A DNA stretch of 64,000 nucleotides from NCBI GenBank assembly GCA_009914755.4, contig CP068257.2, forward strand, positions 6,688,001 to 6,752,000. The letters run 5' to 3'. The notes beneath the pieces are model-generated. The model saw only the letters and a list, made by a program, of their open reading frames with translations, made no database searches and had not been told where the DNA came from. This document shows, piece after piece, positions 14,351 to 29,200 of this stretch. The translations under genes and the position numbers were made by a program. This DNA comes from the human T2T-CHM13v2.0 reference genome, Homo sapiens. Each line of letters opens with the position of its first letter. Position 1 is the stretch's first letter.

Positions 14351-17300
14351 TCAACGGGAATGGAATGCATTGGAATGGAATGGAATGTAATCACCCTCAG
14401 TGGATAGGATTGGAATGGAAGGGAATGGAAAGGAATGGAATGGAATGGAAACTAATGGAATGGAATGGAAACAACCCGAGTGGAATGGAATGGAATGGAA
14501 TGGAATGGAATGGAATGGAATGGAATACAACAAAATGGAAACAACCCGAGTGGAATGGCATGGAATGGAAAGGACTTGAATATAATGGAATGGATTGGAA
14601 TCCACCCGATTAGAAACTAATGGAATTGAATGGAATGGAATGGAATAGAATGGAATGGAATGGAATGGAATGGAATGGAATCTACCCGAGTGGAATGGAA
14701 TTGAATGGAATTCAATGGAATGGAATGGAATAGAATGGTATGGAATCAACCCGTGTGGAATGGTATAGAATGGAACGTAATGGAACGGAATGGAATGGAA
14801 TAAAACAGAATGGAATGGAATGGAAACAACCCGAGTGGGATGGAATGGAATGGAATGGAGTGGAATGGAATGGAATAGAATGGAATGGAATGAAATGGAA
14901 TAGAATGAAATGGAAAGGAATGGAATGGAAATAACCCGAGTGGAATGGAATGGAATGGAATGGAATGGAATGGAATCAACCCGAGTTAAATGGAATGGAA
15001 TGGAATGGAACGGAATATAATGGAATGTAACGGAATCATCCCGACTGGAATGGAATGGTATGGAATGCAATGGAATGGAGTGGAACAGAACGGAATGGAA
15101 TGGAATGGAATTGATTGAAACCGAGTGGAATTGAATGGAAGGGAATGCATTGGAAAGGAATGGAAAGGATTCAACCCGAGTGGAATGTAATGGATTGGAA
15201 TGGAGTGGAATGGAATGGAATGGAATGGAATGGAATGGAATCAACACAAATGGAATGGAATGGAATGGAATGGAATGGAATAGAATGGAAAGGAAAGGAA
15301 TGCAAAGGAATGGAAAGGAATGGAATGAAATGGAATAAACCCGAATGGAATGGAATGGAATGGAATGGAATGGAATGGAATGGAATGAATTGGAATAAAC
15401 CCGAATGGAATGGAATGGAATGGAATGGATTGGAATGGAATGGAATGGAGTGGAATGGAATAAACACCAGTTTAATGAAATGGAATGGAATGGAATGGAA
15501 TGGAATGGAAAGGAATGAAATCAAACCGAGTAGAATGGAACACAATGGAATGGATTGGAATGGAATGGAAAAGAATGGAGTCAACTGGAATGGAATGAAA
15601 TGGAATGGAATGGAGTGCAATGGAATGGAATGCAATGGAATCAACAAGAGTGAAATGCAATGGAATGGAATGGAATGGGATGGAATGGAATGGAATGGAA
15701 ACTACCCGAGTGGAATGGAAGGTAATGGAATGGAGTGGAATGGAATGGAATGGAATGGAATGGAACAGAATCGAATCCAATGGAATCAACTGGAATGGAA
15801 TGGAATGGAATGGAATGGAATGGAATGGAATGGAATGGAATCAATCCGGGTGGAATGGAATGGAATATAATGGAGTGGAATGGAATGGAAGGGAGTGGAA
15901 TGGAGTGGAATGGAATGGAATTGGAATGGAATCAACCCGAATGGAATGGAACGGAATGGAATGGAATGGAATGGAATGGAGTCCACCCGACTTGAATGGA
16001 ATGGAATGGAATGGAATGGAATATAATGGAATGGAACGGAATCATCCCGAGTGTAATGTAATGGTATGGAATTCAATAGAATGGAATGGAACAGAACGGA
16101 ATGAAATGGAATGGAATAGATTGAATGCGAGTGGAATTGAATGGAATGGAACGGATTGGAATGGAATGGAATGGATTGGAGTGGAATGGAATGGAATCAA
16201 GACCAATGGGATGGAACGGAATGGAATGGAATGGAAAGGAACGGAATGGAATCAACCCGAGTGGAATGGAATGGAATGGAATAGAATCCACCCGAGTGGA
16301 ATGGAATCGAATGGAATGCAATGGAATTGAACGGAATATAATGGAATTAAAAGGAATCATCCCGAGTGGAATGGAATGGAATCTAATGCAATGGTATCTA
16401 ATGCAATGGAATGGAATGAAACAGAACGGAAAGGAATGGAAAGAATAGATTGAATCTAAGTGGAATTGAATGGAATGGAATGGATTGGAAAGGAATGGAA
16501 TGGATTGGAATGGATTGGAATGGAAAGGAATGTATTCAACCAGAGTGGAATGTAATGGATTGGAATGGAATGGAATGGAATGGAATGAAATGGAATGGAA
16601 TGGAATGGAATGGAATGGAATGGAATCAACACGCATGGAATGGAACAGAATGGAATGGAATGGAATGGTATGGAATGAAATGGAAAGGAACGGAATAGAA
16701 TCAACCAAAGTGGAATGGAATGGAATGGAATGGAAGGGAATCAACACGAGTGGAATGGAATGGAAAGGAATGGAAAGGAATGCAATGGAATGGAATGGAA
16801 TGGAACGGAATGGAATGGAATGGAATGGAATGGAATGGAATGGAATGGAATGGAATCAACTCGAGTGGAGTAGAATGGAATGGAATGGAATCAACCCCAG
16901 TGGAATGGAATGGAATCGAATGGAAAGGAATGGAATAAACGGGCATGGAATAGAACCGAATCATCCTGAATGGAAAGGAACGGAATGGAGTGGAATGGTA
17001 TGGAATGGAATGGAATGGAAGGGAATCAACCCGAAGGGAATGGAATGAAATGGAATGGAATGGAATGGAATCGAATGGAATCAACCCGAGTGTACTGCAA
17101 CGAAATGAAATGGAATGGAATGGAATGGAAAGGAACAGAACGGAACGGAACGGAATTGAATGGAATGGAATCAACCCAAGTGGAAAGGAATGGAATGGAA
17201 TATAATGGAATGGAATGGAATAGCATGCAATCAAATTTGGTGGAATGGTATGGAATGGTATGGAATGGAATGGAATGGAATGGAATGGAATGGAATGGAA

Positions 17301-19800
17301 ACAACTGGAATCGAATGAAATGGAATGGAATGGAGTGGAATGGAATGGAATGCAATGGAATCAACAAGAGTGAAATGCAATGGAATGGAATGGAATGGGA
17401 TGGAATGGAATGGAATCAACCTGAGTGGAGTAGAATGGAATGGAATGGAATGGAATGGAATGGAATGGAATGGAATCAACCTGAGTTGAACGGAATGGAA
17501 TGGAATGGAATGGAATGGAATGGTATCAACCAGAGTGGAATGGAATGGAATTGAATGGAATGGAACGGAATGGAATGCAATGGAATCAACTGGAATGGAA
17601 TGGAATTGAATGAAATGGAATGGAATCAACCTCAGTCAAATAGACTGGAATGGAATGGAATGGAATGGAATGGAATGGAATGGAATGGAATGGAAGGGAA
17701 AGGAACGGAATGGAATCAACCCGAGTGGAATGGAATGGAATGGAATGGAATCCACCCGAGTGGAATGGAATGGAATGGAATGCAATGGAATTGAACGGAA
17801 TATCATGGAATTAAATGGAATCATCCCGTGTGGGACGGAATGGTATCTAATGCAATGGAATGGAATGGAACAGAACGGAATGGAATGGAAGAATAGATTG
17901 AATCCAAGTGGAATTGAATGGAATGGAATGGATTGGAAAGGAATGGAATGGATTGCAATGGATTGGAATGGAAAGGAATGGATTCAACCCGAGTGGAATG
18001 TAATGGATTGGAATGGAATGGAATGGAATGGAATGGAATGGAATGGAATCAACACGAATGGAATGGAACGGAATGGAATGGAATGGAATGGAATGGAATG
18101 GTATGGAATGAAATGGAAAGGAACGGAACAGAATCAACCCAAGTGGAATGGAATGGAAAGGAATGCAATTGAATGGAATGGAATGGAATGGAATGGAATG
18201 GAATGGAATGGAATGGAATCAACCCGAGTGGAGTAGAATGGAATGGAATGGAATGAACCGCAGTGGAATGGAATGGAATGGAATGCAATAGAATGGAGTG
18301 GAATGGAATGGAACGGAATTCAATGGAATCAACCCGAGTGGAATGGAATGGTATGGAATGCAGTGGAATGGAGTGGAACAGAACGGAATGGAATGGAATG
18401 GAAATGATTGAATCTGAGTGGAATTGAATGGAAGGGAAAGCATTGGAAAGGAATGGAAAGGATTCAACCCGAGTGGAATGTAATGGATTGGAATGGAGTG
18501 GAATGTAATGGAATGGATTGGAATGGAATGGAATCAACACAAATGGAAAGGAATGGAATGGAATGGAATAGAATGGAAAGGAACGGAATGCAATGGAATG
18601 GAATGTAATGGAATGAAATGGAATAAACCCGAATGGAATGGAATGGAATGGAATGGAATGGAATGGAATGGAATGGAGTGGAATGGAATAAACACCAGTG
18701 GAATGAAATGGAATGGAATGGAATGGTATGGAATGGAATGGAATGGAAAGGAATGAAATCAACCCCAGTATAATGGAACAGAATGGAAATGAATGCAATG
18801 GAATGGAAAGGAATGGAATCAACTGGAATGGAATGAAATGGAATGGAATGGAGTGGAATGGAATGGAATGCATTGGAATCAACAAGAGTGAAATGCAATG
18901 GAATGCAATGGAATGGAATGGAATGGAATGGAATGGAATGGAATGGAATAGAATGGAATCAACCCGAGTGGAGTGAAATCAAATGGAATGGAATAGAATG
19001 GAATCAACCTGAGTGGAACGGAATGGAATGGAATGGAATGGTATCAACCAGAGTGGAATGGAATGGAATTGAATGGAATGGAATGGAATGGAATGCAATG
19101 GAATCAACTGGAATGGAATGGAATGGAATGGAATGGAACGGAATTGAATGGAAACTACTGGAATGGAATGGAAACAACCCGAGTGGAATGGCATGCAATG
19201 AATGGAATGGAGTGGAATGGAATGGAATGGAATGGAATCAACACGAGTGTACTGCAATGGAATGAAATGGAATGGAATGGAATGGAATGGAAAGGAACAG
19301 AACGGAACAGAACGGAATTGAATGGAATGGAATCAACCCAAGTGGAAAGGAATGGAATGGAATGGAATGGAAGGAATGGAATGGAATGGAATGGAATAGC
19401 ATGCAATCAACTTTGGTGGAATGGTATGGAATGGTATGGTATGGAATGGAATGGAATGGAATGGAATGGAATGGAATGGAAATGAATCAAACCGAGTGGA
19501 ATGGAATAGAATGGAATGGAATGGAATGGAAACAATGCAATGCAATTGTATCAACGGGAATGCAATGCATTGGAATGGAATGGAATGGAATCACCCTGAG
19601 TGGATAGGAATGGAATGGAAGGGAGTGGAAAGGAATGGAATGGAATGGAAACTAATGGAATGGAATGGAAACAACCCGAGTGGAATGGAATGGAATGGAA
19701 TGGAATGGAATGGAATGGAATGGAATACAACAAAATGGAAACAACTCGAGTGGAATGGCATGGAATGGAAAGGACTTGAATATAATGGAATGGATTGGAA

Positions 19801-21900
19801 TCAACCCGATTACAAACTAATGGAAAGCAATGGAATGGAATGGAATGGAATTTACCCGAGTGGAATGGAATGTAACGAAATTAAATGGAATGGAATGGAA
19901 TGGAATGGAATGGAATGGAATGGAATGGAATACTACAAAATGGCAACAATCCGAGTGGAATGGCATGGAATGGAAAGGACCTGAATATAATGGAATGGAT
20001 TGGAATCAACACGATTAGAAACTAATGGAATGGAATGGAATGGAATGGAATGGAATGGAATGGAAACTACCCGAGTGGAATGGAATGTAATGGAATGGAG
20101 TGGAGTGGAATGGAATGGAATGGAATGGAATGGAACAGAATCGAATCCAATGGAATCAACTGGAATGGAATGGAATGCAATGGAATGGAATGGAATGGAA
20201 TGGGATCAATCCGGGTGGAATGGAATAGAATATAATGGAGTGGAATGGAATGGAAGGGAGTGGAATGGAGTGGAATGGAATGGAATTGAATGGAATCAAC
20301 ACGAATGGAATGGAAGGGAATGGAATGGAATGGAATGGAATGGAATGGAATGGAATGGAGTCCACCCGAGTTGAATGGAATGGAATGGAATGGAACGGAA
20401 TATAATGGAATGGAACGGAATCATCCCGAGTGGAATGGAATGGTATGGAATTCAATAGAATGGAATGGAACAGAACGGAATGAAATGGAATGGAATAGAT
20501 TGAATGCGAGTGGAATTGAATGGAATGGAACGGATTGGAATGGAATGGAATGGATTGGAGTGGAATGGAATGGAATCAACACGAATGGGATGGAACGGAA
20601 TGGAATGGAATGGAAAGGAATGGAATGGAATCAACCCGAGTGGAATGGAATGGAATGGAATGGAATCCACCCGAGTGGAATGGAATCGAATGGAATGCAA
20701 TGGAATTGAACGGAATATAATGGAATTAAAAGGAATCATCCCGAGTGGAATGGAATGGAATCTAATGCAATGGTATCTAATGCAATGGAATGGAATGAAA
20801 CAGAACGGAAAGGAATGGAAAGAATAGATTGAATCCAAGTGGAATTGAATGGAATGGAATGGATTGGAAAGGAATGGAATGGATTGGAATGGATTGGAAT
20901 GGAAAGGAATGTATTCAACCAGAGTGGAATGTAATGGATTGGAATGGAATGGAATGGAATGGAATGGAATGGAATGGAATGGAATGCAATGGAATCAACA
21001 CGAATGGAATGGAATGGAATGGAATGGAATGGAATGGAATGGAATGGAATGGAATGAAATGGAAAGGAACGGAATAGAATCAACCAAAGTGGAATGGAAT
21101 GGAATGGAATGGAAGGGAATCAACACGAGTGGAATGGAATGGAAAGGAATGCAATGGAATGGAAAGGAATGGAATGGAATGGAAAGGAATGGAATGGAAT
21201 GGAATGGAATCAACTCGAGTGGAGTAGAATGGAATGGAATGGAATCAACCCCAGTGGAATGGAATGGAATCGAATGGAATGGAATGGAATAAAAGGGCAT
21301 GGAATAGAACGGAATCAACCTGAATGGAAAGGAACGGAATGGAGTGGAATGGTATGGAATGGAATGGAAACTACTGGAATGGAATGGAAACAACCCGAGT
21401 GGAATGGAATGCAATGGAATGGAATGGAGGGGAATGGATTGGAATGGAATGGAATCAACACGAGTGGACTGCAACGGAATGAAATGGAATGGAATGGAAT
21501 GGAATGGAATGGAACGGAACGGAACGGAACGGAATTGAATGGAATGGAATCAACCCAAGGGGAAAGGAATGGAATGGAATGGAATGGAATGGAATGGAAT
21601 GGAAGAGCATGCAATCAAATTTGGTGGAATGGTATGGAATGGTATGGAATGGAATGGAATGGAATGGAATGGAATGGTATGGAATGGAATGGAATAAAAG
21701 GGCATGGAATGGAATGAAATCAACCCGACAGGAATGGAAAGGAATGGAATGGAATGGAATGGAATGGAATGGAATGGAATGGAATGGAAATGAATCAAAC
21801 CGAGTGGAATGGAACGGAATGGCATGGAAACAATGCAATGCAATGGTATCAACGGGAATGGAATGCATTGGAATGGAATGGAATGGAATCACCCTGAGTG
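19801..21900 (+). repeat. HOR-A segment, partner copy of 12291-14350.
   Basis: Same evidence as the 12291-14350 entry. The offset shifts from 7483 to 7488 across the segment, which equals one extra GGAAT unit. Confidence 0.8.
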
Positions 21901-24900
21901 GATAGGATAGGAATGGAAGGGAATGGAAAGGAATGGAATGGAATGGAAACTAATGGAATGGAATGGAAACAACCCAAGTGGAATGGAATGGAATGGAATG
22001 GAATGGAATGGAATGGAATGGAATGGAATGGAATACAACAAAATGGAAACAACCCGAGTGGAATGGCATGGAATGGAAAGGACTTGAATATAATGGAATG
22101 GATTGGAATCCACCCGATTAGAAACTAATGGAATTGAATGGAATGGAATGGAATAGAATGGAATGGAATGGAATGGAATGGAATGGAATGGAATCTACCC
22201 GAGTGGAATGGAATTGAATGGAATTTAATGTAATGGAATAGAATAGAATGGTATCGAATCAACCCGAGTGGAATGGTATAGAATGGAACGTAATGGAACG
22301 GAATGGAATGGAATAAAACAGAATGGAATGGAATGGAAACAACTCGAGTGGGATGGAATGGAATGGAATGGAGTGGAATGGAATGGAACAGAATGGAATG
22401 GAATGAAATGGAATAGAATGAAATGGAAATGAATGGAATGGAAATAACCCGAGTGGAATGGAATGGAATGGAATGGAATGGAATGGAAAGGAATCAACCC
22501 GAGTTAAATGGAATGGAATGGAATGGAACGGAATATAATGGAATGGAACGGAATCATCCCGACTGGAATGGAATGGTATGGAATGCAATGGAATGGAGTG
22601 GAACAGAACGGAATGGAATGGAATGGAATTGATTGAATCCGAGTGGAATTGAATGGAAGGGAATGCATTGGAAAGGAATGGAAAGGATACAACCCGAGTG
22701 GAATGTAATGGATTGGAATGGAGTGGAATGGAATGGAATGGAATGGAATGGAATGAAATCAACAGAAATGGAATGGAATGGAATGGAATGGAATAGAATG
22801 GAAAGGAATGGAATGCAAAGGAATGGAATGGAATGGAATGAAATGGAATAAACCCGAATGGAATGGAATGGAATGGAATGGAATGGAATGGAATGGAATG
22901 GAATGAATTGGAATAAACCCGAATGGAATGGAATGGAATGGAATGGAATGGAATGGAATGGAATGGAGTGGAATGGAATAAACACCAGTTTAATGAAATG
23001 GAATGGAATGGAATGGAATGGAATGGAATGGAAAGGAATGAAATCAAACCGAGTAGAATGGAACACAATGGAATGGATTGGAATGGAATGGAAAAGAATG
23101 GAATCAACTGGAATGGAATGAAATGGAATGGAATGGAGTGCAATGGAATGGAATGCAATGGAATCAACAAGAGTGAAATGCAATGGAATGGAATGGAATG
23201 GAATGGAATGGAATGGAATGGAATGGAATAGAATGGAATCAACACGAGTGGAGTGAAATAAAATGGAATGGAATGGAATAGAATCAACCTGAGTGGAACG
23301 GAATGGAATGGAATGGAATGGTATCAACCAGAGTGGAATGGAATGGAATTGAATGGAATGGAACGGAATGGAATGCAATGGAATGAACTGGAATGGAATG
23401 GAATGGAATGGAATGGAACGGAATCAACCTGAGTCAAATAGAATGGAATGGAATGGAATGGAAAGGAATGGAATGGATTTGAATGGAATGGAATGAATTG
23501 TAATAAACCCGAATGGAATGGAATGGAATGGAATGGAATAGAATGGAGTGGAATGGAATAAACACCAGTGGAATGCAATGGAATCGAATGGAATGGATTG
23601 GAATGGAATTGAATGGAATGGAATGGAATGGAATTAACCCGAGTGGAGTAGAATGGATTGGAATGGAATCAACCCCAGTGGAATGGAATGGAATGGAATG
23701 CAAGAGAATGGAATGGAATGGAATGGAATGGAATTGACTGAATCCGAGTGGAATTGAATGGAAGGGAATGCATTGCAAAGGAATGGAAAGGATTCAACCC
23801 GAGTGGAATGTAATGGATTGGAATGGAGTGGAATGGAATGGAATGCAATGGAATGGAATGGAATGGAATGGAATAGAATGGAAAGGAATGGAATGCAATC
23901 GAATGGAATGGAATGGAATGAAATGGAATAAACCCGAATGGAAAGGAATGTAATGGAAAGGAATGGAATGCAATGGAATGGAATGGAATGGAATGAAATG
24001 AAATGGAATAAACCCGAATGGAATGGAATGGAATGGAATGGAATGGAATGGAATGGAATGGAATGGAATTTACCCGAGTGGAATGGAATATAATGAAATT
24101 AAATTGAATGGAATGGAATGGAATGGAATGGAATGGAATGGAATGGAATGGAATCTACCCGAGTGGAATGGAATGGAATGGAATTTAACGGAATGGAATG
24201 GAAAAGAATGGTATGGAATCAACCCAAGAGGAATGGGATAGAATGGAATGTAATGGAACGGAATGGAATGGAATAAAATGGAATGGAATGGAATGGAAAC
24301 AACCCGAGTGGAATGGAATGGAATGAAATGGAATGGAATGGAATGGAAAGGAATACAACAAAATGGAAACAACCCGAGTGGAATGGCATGGAATGGAAAG
24401 GACTTGAATATAAAGGAATGGATTGGAATCAACCCGATTAGAAACTAATGGAATGGAATGAAATGGAGTGGAATGGAATGGAATGGAATGGAATGGAATG
24501 GAATGGAATGGAATTTACCCGAGTGGAATGGAATGTAATGAAATTAAATGCAATGGAATGGAATTGAATGGAATGGAATGGAATGGAATCAACCTGAGTG
24601 GAACGGAATGGAATGGAATGGAATGGAATGGAATGGAATGGAATGGAATGGAATGGAATGGTATCAACCAGAGTGGAATGGAATGGAATTGAATGGAATG
24701 GAACGGAATAGAATGCAATGGAATCAACTGCAATGGAATGGAATTGAATGAAATGGAATGGAATCAACCTCAGTCAAATAGAATGGAATGGAATGGAATG
24801 GAATGGAATGGAATGGAAGGGAAAGGAACGGTTTGGAATCAACCCGAGTGGAATGGAATGGAATGGAATGGAATCCACCCGAGTGGAATGGAATGGAATG

Positions 24901-26229
24901 GATTGCAATGGAATTGAACGGAATATAATGGAATTAAATGGAATCATCCCGTGTGGAACGGAATGGTATCTAATGCAATGGAATGGAATGGAACAGAACG
25001 GAATGGAATGGAAGAATAGATTGAATCCAAGTGGAATTGAATGGAATGGAATGGATTGGAAAGGAATGGAATGGATTGCAATGGATTGGAATGGAATGGA
25101 ATGGATTCAACCCGAGTGGAATGTAATGGATTGGAATGGAATGGAATGGAATGGAATGGAATGGAATGGAATGGAATCAACACGAATGGAATGGAACGGA
25201 ATGGAATGGAATGGAATGGAATGGTATGGAATGAAATGGAAAGGAACGGAACAGAATCAACCCAAGTGGAATGGAATGGAAAGGAATGCAATTGAATGGA
25301 ATGGAATGGAATGGAATGGAATGGAATGCAATGGAATGGAATCAACCCGAGTGGAGTAGAATGGAATGGAATGGAATCAACCGCAGTGGAATGGAATGGA
25401 ATGGAATGCAATAGAATGGAATGGAATGGAATGGAATGGAATTCAATGGAATCAACCCGAGTGGAATGGAATGGTATGGAATGCAGTGGAATGGAGTGGA
25501 ACAGAACGGAATGGAATGGAATGGAAATGATTGAATCTGAGTGGAATTGAATGGAAGAGAAAGCATTGGAAAGGAATGGAAAGGATTCAACCCGAGTGGA
25601 ATGTAATGGATTGGAATGGAGTGGAATGTAATGGAATGGATTGGAATGGAATGGAATCAACACAAATGGAAAGGAATGGAATGGAATGGAATAGAATGGA
25701 AAGGAATGGAATGCAATGGAATGGAATGGAATGGAATGAAATGGAATAAACCTGAATGGAATGGAATGGAATGAATTGGAATAAACCCGAATGGAATGGA
25801 ATGGAATGGAATGGAATGGAATGGAATGGAGTGGAATGGAATAAACACCAGTGGAATGAAATGAAATGGAATGGAATGGTATGGAATGGAATGGAATGGA
25901 AAGGAATGAAATCAACCCCAGTATAATGGAACAGAATGGAAATGAATGCAATGGAATGGAAAGGAATGGAATCAACTGGAATGGAATTAAATGGAATGGA
26001 ATGGAGTGGAATGGAATGGAATGCATTGGAATCAACAAGAGTGAAATGCAATGGAATGGAATGGAATGGAATGGAATGGAATGGAATGGAATGGAATAGA
26101 ATGGAATCAACCCGAGTGGAGTGAAATCAAATGGAATGGAATGGAATGGAATCAACCTGAGTGGAACGGAATGGAATGGAATGGAATGGAATGGAATGGT
26201 ATCAACCAGAGTGGAATGGAATGGAATTG

Positions 26230-29200
26230 AATGGAATGGAATGGAATGGAATGCAATGGAATCAACTGGAATGGAATGGAATGGAATGGAATGGAACGGA
26301 ATGGAATGGAAACTACTGGAATGGAATGGAAACAACCCGAGTGGAATGGAATGCAATGAATGGAATGGAGTGGAATGGAATGGAATGGAATGGAATCAAC
26401 ACGAGTGTACTGCAACGGAATGAAATGGAATGGAATGGAATGGAATGGAATGGAATGGAATGGAACGGAATGGAACAGAACGGAATTGAATGGAATGGAA
26501 TCAACCCAAGTGGAAAGGAATGGAATGGAATGGAATGGAAGGAATGGAATGGAATGGAATGGAATAGCATGCAATCAACTTTGGTGGAATGGTATGGAAT
26601 GGTATGGTATGGAGTGGAATGGAATGGAATGGTATGGAATGGAATGGAATAAAAGGGCATGGAATGGAATGGAATTAACCCGAGAGGAATGGAATGGAAT
26701 GGAATGGAATGGAATGGAATGGAAGGAATGGAAATGAATCAAACCGAGTGGAATGGAATAGAATGGAATGGAATGGAATGGAAACAATGCAATGCAATTG
26801 TATCAACGGGAATGGAATGCATTGGAATGGAATGGAATGGAATCACCCTGAGTGGATAGGAATGGAATGGAAGGGAATGGAAAGGAATGGAATGGAATGG
26901 AAACTAATGGAATGGAATGGAAACAACCCGAGTGGAATGGAATGGAATGGAATGGAATGGAATGGAATGGAATGGAATGGAATACAACAAAATGGAAACA
27001 ACCCGAGTGGAATGGCATGGAATGGAAAGGACTTGAATATAATGGAATGGATTGGAATCAACCCGATTACAAACTAATGGAAAGCAATGGAATGGAATGG
27101 AATGGAATGGAATGGAATTTACCCGAGTGGAATGGAATGTAACGAAATTAAATGGAATGGAATGGAATGGAATGGAATGGAATACTACAAAATGGCAACA
27201 ATCCGAGTGGAATGGCATGGAATGGAAACGACCTGAATATAATGGAATGGATTGGAATCAACCCGATTAGAAACTAATGGAATGGAATGGAATGGAATGG
27301 AAACTACCCGAGTGGAATGGAATGTAATGGAATGGAGTGGAATGGAATGGAATGGAATGGAATGGAATGGAATGGAATGGAACAGAATCGAATCCAATGG
27401 AATCAACTGGAATGGAATGGAATGCAATGGAATGGAATGGAATGGAATGGAATGGGATCAATCCGGGTGGAATGGAATAGAATATAATGATGTGGAATGG
27501 AATGGAAGGGAGTGGAATGGAGTTGAATGGAATGGAATGGAATGGAATCAACCCGAATGGAATGGAACGGAATGGAATGGAATGGAATGGAATGGAATGG
27601 AATGGAATGGAATGGAATGGAGTCCACCCGAGGTGAATGGAATGGAATGGAATGGAACGGAATATAATGGAATGGAACGGAATCATCCCGAGTGGAATGG
27701 AATGGTATGGAATTCAATAGAATGGAATGGAACAGAACGGAATGAAATGGAATGGAATAGATTGAATGCGAGTGGAATTGAATGGAATGGAACGGATTGG
27801 AATGGAATGGAATGGACTGGAGTGGAATGGAATGGAATCAACACGAATGGGATGGAACGGAATGGAATGGAATGGAAAGGAACGGAATGGAATCAACCCG
27901 AGTGGAATGGAATGGAATGGAATGGAATCCACCCGAGTGGAATGGAATCGAATGGAATGCAATGGAATTGAACGGAATATAATGGAATTAAAAGGAATCA
28001 TCCCGAGTGGAATGGAATGGAATCTAATGCAATGGTATCTAATGCAATGGAATGGAATGAAACAGAACGGAAAGGAATGGAAAGAATAGATTGAATCCAA
28101 GTGGAATTGAATGGAATGGAATGGATTGGAAAGGAATGGAATGGATTGGAATGGATTGGAATGGAAAGGAATGTATTCAACCATTGTGGAATGTAATGGA
28201 TTGGAATGGAATGGAATGGAATGGAATGGAATGGAATGGAATGCAATGGAATCAACACGAATGGAATGGAACGGAATGGAATGGAATGGAATGGTATGGA
28301 ATGAAATGGAAAGGAACGGAATAGAATCAACCAAAGTGGAATGGAATGGAATGGAATGGAAGGGAATCAACACGAGTGGAATGGAGTGGAAAGGAATGCA
28401 ATGGAATGGAAAGGAATGGAATGGAATGGAAAGGAATGGAATGGAATGGAATGGAATGGAATGGAATGGAATCAACTCGAGTGGAGTAGAATGGAATGGA
28501 ATGGAATCAACCCCAGTGGAATGGAATGGAATCGAATGGAATGGAATGGAATAAAAGGGCATGGAATAGAACGGAATCAACCTGAATGGAAAGGAACGGA
28601 ATGGAGTGGAATGGTATGGAATGGAATGGAAACTACTGGAATGGAATGGAAACAACCCGAGTGGAATGGAATGCAATGGAATGGAATGGAGGGGAATGGA
28701 TTGGAATGGAATGGAATCAGCACGAGTGGACTGCAACGGAATGAAATGGAATGGAATGGAATGGAATGGAATGGAACGGAACGGAACGGAACGGAATTGA
28801 ATGGAATGGAATCAACCCAAGGGGAAAGGAATGGAATGGAATGGAATGGAATGGAATGGAATGGAATGGAATGGAAGAGTATGCAATCAAATTTGGTGGA
28901 ATGGTATGGAATGGTATGGAATGGAATGGAATGGAATGGTATGGAATGGAATGGAATAAAAGGGCATGGAATGGAATGAAATCAACCCGACAGGAATGGA
29001 AAGGAATGGAATGGAATGGAATGGAATGGAATGGAATGGAATGGAATGGAAATGAATCAAACCGAGTGGAATGGAACGGAATGGCATGGAAACAATGCAA
29101 TGCAATGGTATCAACGGGAATGGAATGCATTGGAATGGAATGGAATGGAATCATCCTGAGTGGATAGGATTGGAATGAAAGGGAATGGAAAGGAATGGAA